Source: Flavobacteriaceae bacterium (lineage in GTDB: Bacteria; Bacteroidota; Bacteroidia; Flavobacteriales; Flavobacteriaceae). From it: a DNA stretch of 64,000 nucleotides. Positions 9,404 through 18,719 of this stretch are shown one piece after another. Position 1 is the stretch's first letter. Each line of letters starts with the position of its first letter. The notes beneath the pieces are model-generated. The model saw only the letters and a program-made list of their open reading frames with translations. It was not told where the DNA came from and made no database searches. The stretch covers positions 10,536 to 74,535 of the forward strand of contig DUDG01000029.1 in NCBI GenBank assembly GCA_012959395.1, given 5' to 3'. The translations under genes were made by a program, and so were the position numbers.

Positions 9404-10303
9404 TTATTTTTTATCGTACCTAATAAAGGTGAAGTCGTAATTGTGTTTTTCATCTTTTAATCTTTTTTCTCTAGATACTTCTTTCCATATGTTGTCATTA
9501 ATTTCTGGAAAATAGGCATCGCCATCTATTTCTGTATGCACCCTAGTTAGCTCAATTCTATCGGCAATTTTAATAGCAATATTATAAATTTCACCTCCAC
9601 CAATAATGAAGGGCTGATTATCATCAACTGTTTTTTCTAAAGCTTGATTAAGTGAATGGACTACAATGGCATCATTTGCTATGTAATCAGTTTTTCTAGT
9701 TATAACAATGTTTGTTCTATTTGGTAAAGCTTTAGGCATTGATTCAAATGTTTTTCTTCCCATTATTACTACATGACCTTTTGTAAGATCTTTAAAGTGT
9801 TTTAAATCGTCAGAAAGATGCCAAATGAGTTTATTGTCTTTACCAATAACATTATTTTCGCTTGCAGCTGCTATTAAGGTTATTAGATTTTTAGGATTAT
9901 TATGATTAAATAATTCTGATTCTGCTTTAATTCTAGCTTCTTTTTCAAATTCTGCTTTTATTTTAGCAATTTGTATCTCTTGTTTTTGAACAAGTTTTTT
10001 TATTTGTTCTTTCCCCCAATTTTCTCCCATAAAACGATTTGTAATGTAAACGTTATATGTATGAGATAATAGCACTAAAACCCAAAAGGCACTTAACCAA
10101 TATGACCAAGGATAGTTATATAAAATAATTTCTTCTTTAATTCCAAAAAGAATATTGATAATCAATAAAGAAGCAATCCCAAATAACATTACAGAAAAAT
10201 GAAAAAACAATCTTTTTTTTTGTTTTACTCTTTTTTGAGCAGTTTCTACAAGGTTGATTTGTTCTTGGTCAATATTGGGATTACTTTTACTTTTAAATAG
10301 CAT
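9404..10303 (-). CDS. folA: 2TM-domain membrane segment fused in frame to dihydrofolate reductase
   Basis: Residues ~141-299 are a complete DHFR (ITLIAAASENNVIGKDNKLIWHLSDDLKHFKDLTKGHVVIMGRKTFES...). Residues ~30-100 form two hydrophobic helices, followed by a K/E-rich helix (FMGENWGKEQIKKLVQKQE...). No stop or ATG lies between the two parts. Confidence 0.8.
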   Translation of the reverse strand: MLFKSKSNPNIDQEQINLVETAQKRVKQKKRLFFHFSVMLFGIASLLIINILFGIKEEIILYNYPWSYWLSAFWVLVLLSHTYNVYITNRFMGENWGKEQIKKLVQKQEIQIAKIKAEFEKEARIKAESELFNHNNPKNLITLIAAASENNVIGKDNKLIWHLSDDLKHFKDLTKGHVVIMGRKTFESMPKALPNRTNIVITRKTDYIANDAIVVHSLNQALEKTVDDNQPFIIGGGEIYNIAIKIADRIELTRVHTEIDGDAYFPEINDNIWKEVSREKRLKDEKHNYDFTFIRYDKK

Positions 10304-10375
10304 AAAAAGCTTAAAAATATTAATTAGTAAAAGTAAGATTTTAAAAACAAATTATTTAATCTAGAATATTTTAAA

Positions 10376-11416
10376 ATGAAATTCCCAGTTCTAAACAATT
10401 GTGTTTATTTGGATACCGCAAGATCAGGGCTTTTATATAATGAACTTGAAACCTGGAGAAATAATCATGATAAGGAGTTTCTTGAAGGTGGTAGCCAGTT
10501 TAGGTTTAACCATGAAGAATTTTTAGAAGAGGTAAGAAGTGGAGTCTCTAATTTTTTTAATGCCAGTAGTCATCAGGTTTATTTAACTCACAATTTTTCT
10601 TTAGGATTTTCTTCACTATTAAGAACATTTGATTTAAATCAAACTTTTCTACTAATAAATAATGATTATCCATCTATAATTCATCAAGTTCAAATGGCTG
10701 GATTTAAACATTTTTTTGTTGATAATTCATATGATCTTGAACAACAAATTTTAAATGGAATTGAAAAGTATAATCCTAAGATACTTGTATTATCACTAGT
10801 TCAGTATATAAATGGAACATTAATTGATTTAGGACTTTTTAAAAAAATAAAAAATTCTTTTCCAGACCTTTTAATTATTGTAGATGGCACTCAATACTGT
10901 GGGACGAAATATTTTGATTTTAATACTTCTCAAATTGACATTTTAATTTCTAGTGGTTACAAATGGCTATTAGGGGGATATGGAAATGGGTTTATTATAA
11001 AAAGAAAGAACGTTAATGCAGCATTTAATGGAATTAAAAAATCTATAACTAACAATCAAAAATTTTATTTAAATCAGATTTTTGAACCTGGTCATCATGA
11101 TACTTTTAACTTCGGAAGTCTTTTATTTTCATTAAAAACGATTTCAGATTACGGTATTGATAAAATTGAAAAAAAAATTAATGAGCTATCAGAGTATGCA
11201 AAAAAAAGACTATTAGAAAAAAATCTTTTAGATTATCAAGTTAGTAATAGAACTAAACATTCAAATATATTTAATTTAAAAGGAGATGAAATTTTATATA
11301 ATAAGTTAATTAGTAATAAAATAATTTGCTCTCGAAGAGAGGATGGAATAAGAATAAGTCTAAATTTTTATAACAAAATAGAAGAAATTGACTATTTATT
11401 AAGTTTTTTTAAATAG
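10376..11416 (+). CDS. aminotransferase class V-fold PLP-dependent enzyme (cysteine desulfurase / selenocysteine lyase-like)
   Basis: 346 aa with the class V layout. Candidate PLP lysine in SSGYKWLLGGYGNGF. VYLDTARSG start is typical of the family. Confidence 0.65.
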   Translation: MKFPVLNNCVYLDTARSGLLYNELETWRNNHDKEFLEGGSQFRFNHEEFLEEVRSGVSNFFNASSHQVYLTHNFSLGFSSLLRTFDLNQTFLLINNDYPSIIHQVQMAGFKHFFVDNSYDLEQQILNGIEKYNPKILVLSLVQYINGTLIDLGLFKKIKNSFPDLLIIVDGTQYCGTKYFDFNTSQIDILISSGYKWLLGGYGNGFIIKRKNVNAAFNGIKKSITNNQKFYLNQIFEPGHHDTFNFGSLLFSLKTISDYGIDKIEKKINELSEYAKKRLLEKNLLDYQVSNRTKHSNIFNLKGDEILYNKLISNKIICSRREDGIRISLNFYNKIEEIDYLLSFFK

Positions 11417-11419
11417 TAT

Positions 11420-12127
11420 TTAATCAATTACTATAAAAGTAGAAACACCAGAATCTGAAGTGCTGCCATGATTATCTTTTGTAACAATTTTCCAATAATA
11501 GGTTCCCGGGTCGTTTAATGTCACAGTTCTTTTAGTGGCTGTATAATTAGAAGAATATACTGTCGATCCATTATTTTGATCTAAGTAAACATCAAAAGTA
11601 TGGCTATCTCCAGTGTCTATATCAGAAAAGGACCATGAAAGTTGTATTGCTCCTGCATTTACAGTTGCACCAGGTTTTGGAGCTAGAATATCTGCTGGAA
11701 AGGGGGCGTGATTTTTTTGAGGCTCTCCTGATAAATAAAATTTCCATTTTGTACTGCTTGCTGTGGACGTACTCGTATTAGTGGAAATAATGTACCATGA
11801 ATATGGGTAACCCTTAGTTAAAGTAACTTCTGCACTTGTAGAAGTGGTAGTTTGTGATATTGATTCAGAAGTTAATAGATTTTTAATTACTAAAGTATAA
11901 GAATCTGTATTGTCAGATTTGTTCCATTCAAACTTAACAGCATCTACTTCTAAACACTCAGAATTATTGGCAGGTTTTGAAAGCGTTGCTGCTGAAGGAG
12001 CCACTGGTCCTGGGGGATCAACTGGTCCACCACCACCACCTCCATTACCACCTCCATCTGAGCCGCCAGAGCAAGATATTAATGCTATTGAAAAAACATA
12101 AAAGGATAAAATTAATATCTTTTTCAT
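11420..12127 (-). CDS. lipoprotein with a Gly/Pro-rich linker and two Fn3/Ig-like repeats
   Basis: Lipobox ALISC. Linker GGSDGGGNGGGGGGPVDPPGPVAP. Two similar ~90-aa beta-rich modules. Its start overlaps the stop of the upstream 1413-aa gene by 4 nt. Confidence 0.6.
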   Translation of the reverse strand: MKKILILSFYVFSIALISCSGGSDGGGNGGGGGGPVDPPGPVAPSAATLSKPANNSECLEVDAVKFEWNKSDNTDSYTLVIKNLLTSESISQTTTSTSAEVTLTKGYPYSWYIISTNTSTSTASSTKWKFYLSGEPQKNHAPFPADILAPKPGATVNAGAIQLSWSFSDIDTGDSHTFDVYLDQNNGSTVYSSNYTATKRTVTLNDPGTYYWKIVTKDNHGSTSDSGVSTFIVID

Positions 12128-15100
12128 TTTCTTATTACTTTAATGGTTTTATTGATTGTTTCAGAGTTCACATTTAAAATATAAAGTCCTGATTTAATAC
12201 TAGAAAAAGAAACGTCAATGGATCTTGAATATGGCACTTGATCGTTTTTAGTCCAAATCACTCTTCCTGTGATATCAAAAAGGGTGATATTTATGTCTTT
12301 ATCATTACCTCCAACCCATAATTTTGATGATGAATTAGCTGGATTAGGACTTAGTAAAATATCTTCAGAAACAAAGACTATTTCTTCATAAACTCCTTGA
12401 CATTCTAGGTTCGTTGTAACTTTAATAGTATTGATTCCTGGGCTTAATGAAAGATCAATTTTATTATCATAAGTAGTAATTAAATTACCATTTAAAAGTA
12501 TGTTATACTTAGTTCCACCTGCAAGATTTAGTGAAGCTTGTCTATTTTCTCTATTAATAGAAGAAAGAACACTAAGATCAACAGGTTCTTCAATAGTTAC
12601 ATTGAAACATTGATTTAGTTTAGGGAAAGCTTCAGTGGTTAAACAAACTTTATAAGCACCAGCTTTTAAACTTGCTAAAGACCAATCAGAACCTGTGATG
12701 GATTCTGGCGTATGGCTAAAACCAGTCGGACTACCAGTAACAGCTACAGTAAAAGGTAGACTGAAGTCTCCTTTTATAGTTATTTTGATTGTTCCATTGT
12801 CTGAGCTCCTACAAGTTTCATCTGTATGTTCTAAAGTAAAAGTGTCACTTGGAAGAGGGTTAGGGTCACAAACATCTCCAAAACCATCTCCATCAAAGTC
12901 TTTTTGATCCGTATTAGCTGTATTAGGGCAATTATCAACATCATTTTTAATTCCATCATTATCAAAATCATTAGAAAGTACTTCTAAACTTATACCGACA
13001 GGGTCAATGGTTTGTCCAACTGCAGTAGCAACTATTTGTAAAGGATAAGTTTTAGCTTCAGCATTTTCATCAATGGTTAATTCAAAAGAGATTTCACCAT
13101 TTTCATTAATATCTATTTTTTTTGATGGGGTATACACAATAGATGTGTTGGCTGGTAATCCGGTAATTGAAAATTCTGTTTCAGCATTATAAGCTGAAAA
13201 TACTCTGTATTTAACTTTAAAAGTTCCTTTATCTCCTTGACTTATTTTTATACTAGTTTCTGTAGAATTTAACTGAAGCATAGGCCCATCAGAAGAAAAA
13301 TATGAGGAGAAAACGCCTCTTCCATAGGTTGCAGCAAATACTGCATAATCATCTCTAAGATCAAGATCAGTAACTCTAACATCACTCATTCCATTAAAGC
13401 CTTGATTCCAAGTTGGTGAATTATCTTTAAAGTTTTTAGTATACCAAACCCCTAAATCAGTTCCAATAATAACTTCATTTAAAACTATCGGATTTTGTAA
13501 AATAGTTCGAACGGGCAAATCAGGCAAATCACCTTCTTTATTAGCCCAAGTATTTCCTCCGTCAGAAGAATAAAATACATTTTTTACAGCATAATTATGG
13601 AAGGTAATTAAAATTTCATTTTCATTAATTCCAAATTCAATATCTGAAACACTACCTAAAAATTCATTTCCAGAAATATTAGTCCATTTAGCAGCATTTG
13701 TGTTAGCATTTTCTACTTTAAAGACATTGCCATTTTCAAGGCCCACCATAAGAGTTGAAGTATCTGTTCCAAATGGAGAAACGGTTAATGCAGATACATT
13801 AGCAAGCATTTGAGAGCTACTTAAAATAATTTTAGGAGCATTAGTAGTTCTGTCAGCTTCTAAAAAATTATCCCAACTGTGATAAGCAGCAATTTCATAA
13901 TTACCCGAATTAGAATAATTAGAATAAATAACTCCTAATTTAGAATCTAATGCTTGAACTGTTATGAAATCACCGTTAGAAGTACTTTCACCATTTATTT
14001 GAAACAATTGATTAGAGTTGAAATCATAAACTTCAACAGCTTTATTGTATACATAGTTAGTTACATAATATCTTTTATCAAGGTTTTGAGAGAACATAGA
14101 AGCAGCTCCATCTCCTCCAGAGACATCAGAACCTCTACTAATAGAATTATTTTTATTTGCTAATAATTGAGTTCCGTTATCTTGCGCTCCTGCCAAGAAT
14201 ACATCTGTCATTCCACTTATAGTAATCGTGTTTTGTAATCTTGTTGATAAATCTCTACCAGAAACTGTTTCTGTTGAATCTTTAAACATTTCTGATGGCG
14301 CAACTCCAATAGTATAAAATTGACTAGTTACATAATTATTATTCCTTGAAGCAATCATTTCACTTCCATCTACTTGAGTTTTGCTAAAATAAATTCCTCC
14401 ATCATTTCCAAATACTTTTTTTGATGAGTCAAAATTTCCAAATGCAGCTCCATGTTGATCGGCATGAGCATAGAGCTGACCAAAGCCTCCATACCAATGT
14501 GAGAATTGATTCCATGGATTTCCTCCAGCTGAGTTTACAGCTCCAGTGGTTGATTTGAATAAATCAATTCCTCCAGCAAAAACAGTATTAGAATTGCTAG
14601 GATCGGACTCAATTAATAAATCGTAAAAAGCCTGATCTCTAGTAAAATCATCATCATCAATATTTCCATCAGCATCACTAGGCAAAGTAATTACAGTAGG
14701 TGTTGAGCTAAATCCATCAGAAGATTTAATAATTGTAACAGGATTTGCAGCAGCTAGTGCATAGATAGTTCCATTAGAAGCTATTTCTAATTCTGTTCTT
14801 CTGCCGTTTTCAATGGTGTATTTTTTTATAAAGCCAGTCATACCAGAATTAGAAACAAGAATAGTTCCTCCACCTGTGCCTTTAAAATTATTAGTTGTAG
14901 ATACCCATAATTTATTATTATTTGGGTCTAATTCTAAGTCCATAGGCTGATAAAGTGTAGTTGAGCCATCTAGGTAAGCTGGCACTTTTATCCAAGTTGT
15001 TCCTTGATCAAGAGATTTCCAAATTCCATAATCATCTACTCCGAATATGTGACTAGCAGCATCTCTATGACTAGAAACACCAGCAGCTATATATATTTCT

Positions 15101-16365
15101 GAATTACCCCCGTTGTTTCTTACAACTACATCATTTATATAGAAAATCCCTGGAATAACTGTAGTTCCATATGAAGTTAGATTTTGTTGTGAAAGGGAAA
15201 CAGTAACTGTGCCATTTTGCAGATTTTGTTTAAGTTTATTTCCATCGTTAGTTGAAATCATTACTGATGGAATATTAATATCACCAGCCCCCTCAGTTCC
15301 TCCCATTACAATTGGAGCTTGAGTCCAGTCAGCGTTAGAACCATCGTTTCGGTTAATTACAATTACCGCTTTTGCACCAGCATCTTGAGCTACTTTAACT
15401 TTATCTATAAATGGACAATCTCCTCTATCTATTAATGCAACTTTTCCACTCATGCTTGTTGCATTTTCTGATGTAAGACCTTGGCAAGCATCAGAAGTTG
15501 TTCCACCAATTCCATCTGATTCATCTCCTACTGTTGAACCATCATCAGCTAGCAATAAATCTGCAATAATTGGATCTTTGGAAAGAGATGGGCCAAAGGC
15601 TGCAGCCACATAGTTGAAAGGACCAACATCTTCAATATTAGTAACCTCAATAGAATTCCCCTCACTTATATAAACTTGTTCTGTATCAGATTTACCTCCA
15701 AAAACATTGTTCCATGTTATTCCTGAATCAGAAGATTTCCATAACCCATTTCCTAATGCCTCTGCACCAGTATATGATTCTCCAGTTCCAACATAAAACA
15801 CTTTCGTGTCATTTGGGTCATAAGTGATTGAAGAAACAGGAATATTATCAGGAATACCTTTAGTAATATGCATCCATTCAGAGTTTTCGTCAGATATATT
15901 AGAATTTTTAAATAATCCACCACTTACACCTCCAGCAAATACCGTTTCATCATTACTGTCATTCGGATCAAACATTAAACCTTTGGTTCTTCCACCGACA
16001 TTACCCGGTCCCCTAGAAACCCATTTAAACTCTTCCGATTCTCCAGGAACTGAATTTGATCTAATTGATTTTATTCTAGATTTATTAAGATCATATTGGA
16101 GCTCAAATAATTTTTCAATATTTGGTCTTCCTTCAATTGGATTCATAGAAAGTTCCCACATTTTTTCAGAATATTTGTTCGGAGGGAGATCTATTTTTTT
16201 TCTTTCAGCTTTTGATAAATTATAAGTTTTTTTAAAAGGACTGTTTTCTAAATTTTCTTTATGGATAGTTTTTTTAATTGAAATAGAAAATGTATCAAAA
16301 TTGAAAAAAAATATTATCATTAAAGATGATAGAATTAGCAAAAAGTATTTTTGAATTTTTGACAT
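12124..16365 (-). CDS. large T9SS-secreted multidomain protein (Asp-box/sortilin-like propeller repeats, inserted PA domain, thrombospondin type-3 repeats, C-terminal sorting domain)
   Basis: N-terminal hydrophobic signal. Asp-boxes SSDSGITW, SLDQGTTW and SSDGGNTW. PA-domain-like insert (GKVALIDRGDCPFIDKVKVAQDAGAKAVIVINR). TSP3 motif DNDGIKNDVDNCPNTANTDQKDFDGDGFGDVCD. C-terminal Por-secretion-tail-like ending (LSPNPANSS...ITLFDITGRVIW...GLYILNV...KVIRK). Confidence 0.8.
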   Translation of the reverse strand: MSKIQKYFLLILSSLMIIFFFNFDTFSISIKKTIHKENLENSPFKKTYNLSKAERKKIDLPPNKYSEKMWELSMNPIEGRPNIEKLFELQYDLNKSRIKSIRSNSVPGESEEFKWVSRGPGNVGGRTKGLMFDPNDSNDETVFAGGVSGGLFKNSNISDENSEWMHITKGIPDNIPVSSITYDPNDTKVFYVGTGESYTGAEALGNGLWKSSDSGITWNNVFGGKSDTEQVYISEGNSIEVTNIEDVGPFNYVAAAFGPSLSKDPIIADLLLADDGSTVGDESDGIGGTTSDACQGLTSENATSMSGKVALIDRGDCPFIDKVKVAQDAGAKAVIVINRNDGSNADWTQAPIVMGGTEGAGDINIPSVMISTNDGNKLKQNLQNGTVTVSLSQQNLTSYGTTVIPGIFYINDVVVRNNGGNSEIYIAAGVSSHRDAASHIFGVDDYGIWKSLDQGTTWIKVPAYLDGSTTLYQPMDLELDPNNNKLWVSTTNNFKGTGGGTILVSNSGMTGFIKKYTIENGRRTELEIASNGTIYALAAANPVTIIKSSDGFSSTPTVITLPSDADGNIDDDDFTRDQAFYDLLIESDPSNSNTVFAGGIDLFKSTTGAVNSAGGNPWNQFSHWYGGFGQLYAHADQHGAAFGNFDSSKKVFGNDGGIYFSKTQVDGSEMIASRNNNYVTSQFYTIGVAPSEMFKDSTETVSGRDLSTRLQNTITISGMTDVFLAGAQDNGTQLLANKNNSISRGSDVSGGDGAASMFSQNLDKRYYVTNYVYNKAVEVYDFNSNQLFQINGESTSNGDFITVQALDSKLGVIYSNYSNSGNYEIAAYHSWDNFLEADRTTNAPKIILSSSQMLANVSALTVSPFGTDTSTLMVGLENGNVFKVENANTNAAKWTNISGNEFLGSVSDIEFGINENEILITFHNYAVKNVFYSSDGGNTWANKEGDLPDLPVRTILQNPIVLNEVIIGTDLGVWYTKNFKDNSPTWNQGFNGMSDVRVTDLDLRDDYAVFAATYGRGVFSSYFSSDGPMLQLNSTETSIKISQGDKGTFKVKYRVFSAYNAETEFSITGLPANTSIVYTPSKKIDINENGEISFELTIDENAEAKTYPLQIVATAVGQTIDPVGISLEVLSNDFDNDGIKNDVDNCPNTANTDQKDFDGDGFGDVCDPNPLPSDTFTLEHTDETCRSSDNGTIKITIKGDFSLPFTVAVTGSPTGFSHTPESITGSDWSLASLKAGAYKVCLTTEAFPKLNQCFNVTIEEPVDLSVLSSINRENRQASLNLAGGTKYNILLNGNLITTYDNKIDLSLSPGINTIKVTTNLECQGVYEEIVFVSEDILLSPNPANSSSKLWVGGNDKDINITLFDITGRVIWTKNDQVPYSRSIDVSFSSIKSGLYILNVNSETINKTIKVIRK

Positions 16366-16430
16366 TAATTTAAAGAAACTTAAATAGTTAACATTAATTT
16401 AAAAATAAGAAAGAATAGTTGAAAATCAAA

Positions 16431-17255
16431 TTAAACAGCTATCTTTCCTTTTATATGAGGATGAGGGTCATAATTTAGAATTTCAAAATCACTAAAATTA
16501 AAATCTAAAATATTTGTAATCTTTTTATTGATTTTAAGTTTTGGAAGTGTTCTTGGATTTCTAGAGAGTTGAAGATCCAATTGTTCAATATGATTGTTGT
16601 AAATATGAGCATCGCCAAAAGTATGTATAAAATCTCCAGCTTTATATCCACAAACATGTGCTACCATCTCTGTTAGCAATGCGTAAGAAGCAATATTAAA
16701 AGGAACACCTAAAAATATATCAGCACTTCTTTGGTATAGTTGACAGGATAATTTATTGTCATGAACATAAAACTGAAATAAAGCATGGCATGGTGGTAAA
16801 GCTACCTTACCTTGTTTTACATTTTCTTCAAAACTTTTATTTGTATCTGGCAAAACTCCAGGATTCCATGCGGTGATAAGCATTCTTCTACTATCAGGAT
16901 TTTTTTTAAGAGTTTCTATAACTTCTTTTACTTGATCAATTCCATTACTATTCCAATTTCTCCATTGATGACCGTAAACAGGCCCTAGATCCCCATTTTT
17001 ATTAGCCCATTCATCCCATATTTTTACTCCATTTTTTTTTAAATACTCAATATTAGTATCTCCTTTTAAAAACCATAATAATTCATAAATTATTGATTTT
17101 AAATGAAGTTTTTTCGTTGTCACCATAGGAAAACCATCTGAAAGGTTGAATCGCATTTGGTAACCAAAAATACTTTTAGTTCCAGTGCCAGTTCTATCGG
17201 ATTTTTCATTTCCTTGGTTTAACACATGCTTTACTAAATCTAAATATTGTTTCAT
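16431..17255 (-). CDS. thyA: thymidylate synthase (ThyA type)
   Basis: [24 protein letters not shown] and the PPCH active-site region ([12 protein letters not shown]). 274 aa. Confidence 0.95.
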   Translation of the reverse strand: MKQYLDLVKHVLNQGNEKSDRTGTGTKSIFGYQMRFNLSDGFPMVTTKKLHLKSIIYELLWFLKGDTNIEYLKKNGVKIWDEWANKNGDLGPVYGHQWRNWNSNGIDQVKEVIETLKKNPDSRRMLITAWNPGVLPDTNKSFEENVKQGKVALPPCHALFQFYVHDNKLSCQLYQRSADIFLGVPFNIASYALLTEMVAHVCGYKAGDFIHTFGDAHIYNNHIEQLDLQLSRNPRTLPKLKINKKITNILDFNFSDFEILNYDPHPHIKGKIAV

Positions 17256-17334
17256 TTATAAAATTTAAAAGAATTAAAAATATGAATTATCAATAATAGA
17301 AGAACTAAATTATCTAGAACTTTATTAAAAAATA

Positions 17335-18714
17335 TTAACCAATAATCATTCCAGCTATTGTAGCTGAAAGTAACGAAGCTAAAGTGCCTCCAATTACAGC
17401 TAATAAACCAAACTTAGATAAATTTGTTCGTTGACCTGGAGCTAGAGAGCCAATACCGCCAATTTGTATACCAATAGATGCAAAATTTGCAAATCCACAC
17501 AACATATAAGTTGCCATTATTATAGACTTATTATATTTTAGATGAATTAAACTTGATATATCCTTCAATTCTGCTAATTGCATATACCCTATGAATTCAC
17601 TAGCTGCTAATTTAATTCCTAAAAGCTGACCCATTAATGCTATATCTTCTTTAGCAATTCCTATAATCCACATCAAAGGGGAAAAAATATATCCTAAAAT
17701 AAATTCAATGGAAAGAAATTGGTAGGGAGTATTAGAGTCTATCCATTCATTTAAGTTTGAAAATGAGCCTACTTTTTCAAAACCAAAATTAATCATGGCA
17801 ATAAATGCAATGAAAACTAACAACATAGCCCCTACATTGGCAGCTAATTTCAAACCCTCTGTAGTCCCATTAGATATAGCATCTAACAAATTTGAACCTA
17901 TTTTTTCTTGAGATACACTTAGATTTTTATTAATTGATTCTTGTTGAGGATATAATATTTTAGAAATCACAATTGCACCAGGAGCTGCCATTACAGAAGC
18001 CGTTAGTAAATGTTTTGCGTAAAACAATTTTAAAATTTCATCCTCTCCTCCTAAAAACCCAATATATGCTGCTAAAACCCCTCCAGCAACTGTTGCCATT
18101 CCTCCAATCATAACTAAAAGAATTTCAGATTTAGACATTTTTTCTAAATAGGCTTTAATCATTAGAGGTGCTTCCGTTTGACCTAAAAATATATTTCCGG
18201 CAACACTTAAGCTTTCAGCACCAGAAATATTAAGAAGTTTACTCAAAGACCACGCTAGGGCTTTTACTACTTTTTGAATGATTCCTAAGTAGAAAAGCAC
18301 AGAAGTTAAAGCTGAAAAGAAGATAATAGTGGGAAGAACTTGAAATAAGAAAACATAACCAAAGCTTTCAACATTAACCATATCTCCTAAAAGAAACCTA
18401 CTTCCCTCCAATGTAAAGTCCAAAGTTTTTACAAATATTTTACCAAAAAATTCAAATATTTTTTGAACAAATTCAATTTTTAAAACAGCAATTGCTAAAA
18501 TTAATTGAATTGCTAGTCCAATGGCTGCTGATTTCCAATTAATTGCTTTTTTATTGTTACTAAATAAGTAGGCAATTAAAATTAAAACTGCCATGCCAAT
18601 TAATCCTCTAAATAAACTTTCAATTGAGAAACCTTGACTTAGAACCATTTCTTTATTTTGTTCAAATAATGACGAAGAAAAAATACTTGGATTTAAAAGC
18701 GAGTATAAGGTCAT
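17335..18714 (-). CDS. nupC: NupC/CNT family Na+/H+-coupled nucleoside transporter
   Basis: Polytopic membrane protein with CNT-typical segments (GQTEAPLMIKAYL, GFANFASIGIQIGG). An alternative start at the internal Met (nt 18648) is possible. Confidence 0.85.
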   Translation of the reverse strand: MTLYSLLNPSIFSSSLFEQNKEMVLSQGFSIESLFRGLIGMAVLILIAYLFSNNKKAINWKSAAIGLAIQLILAIAVLKIEFVQKIFEFFGKIFVKTLDFTLEGSRFLLGDMVNVESFGYVFLFQVLPTIIFFSALTSVLFYLGIIQKVVKALAWSLSKLLNISGAESLSVAGNIFLGQTEAPLMIKAYLEKMSKSEILLVMIGGMATVAGGVLAAYIGFLGGEDEILKLFYAKHLLTASVMAAPGAIVISKILYPQQESINKNLSVSQEKIGSNLLDAISNGTTEGLKLAANVGAMLLVFIAFIAMINFGFEKVGSFSNLNEWIDSNTPYQFLSIEFILGYIFSPLMWIIGIAKEDIALMGQLLGIKLAASEFIGYMQLAELKDISSLIHLKYNKSIIMATYMLCGFANFASIGIQIGGIGSLAPGQRTNLSKFGLLAVIGGTLASLLSATIAGMIIG

Positions 18715-18719
18715 ATTTC

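Noticed and set aside
11910-12177. Two plus-strand ORFs (63 and 66 aa) rich in Pro/Gly/His opposite the lipoprotein gene.
   Set aside because: They are the antisense reading of the Gly/Pro linker codons (GGN/CCN is self-complementary in composition). The minus-strand lipoprotein has a proper signal peptide and lipobox.
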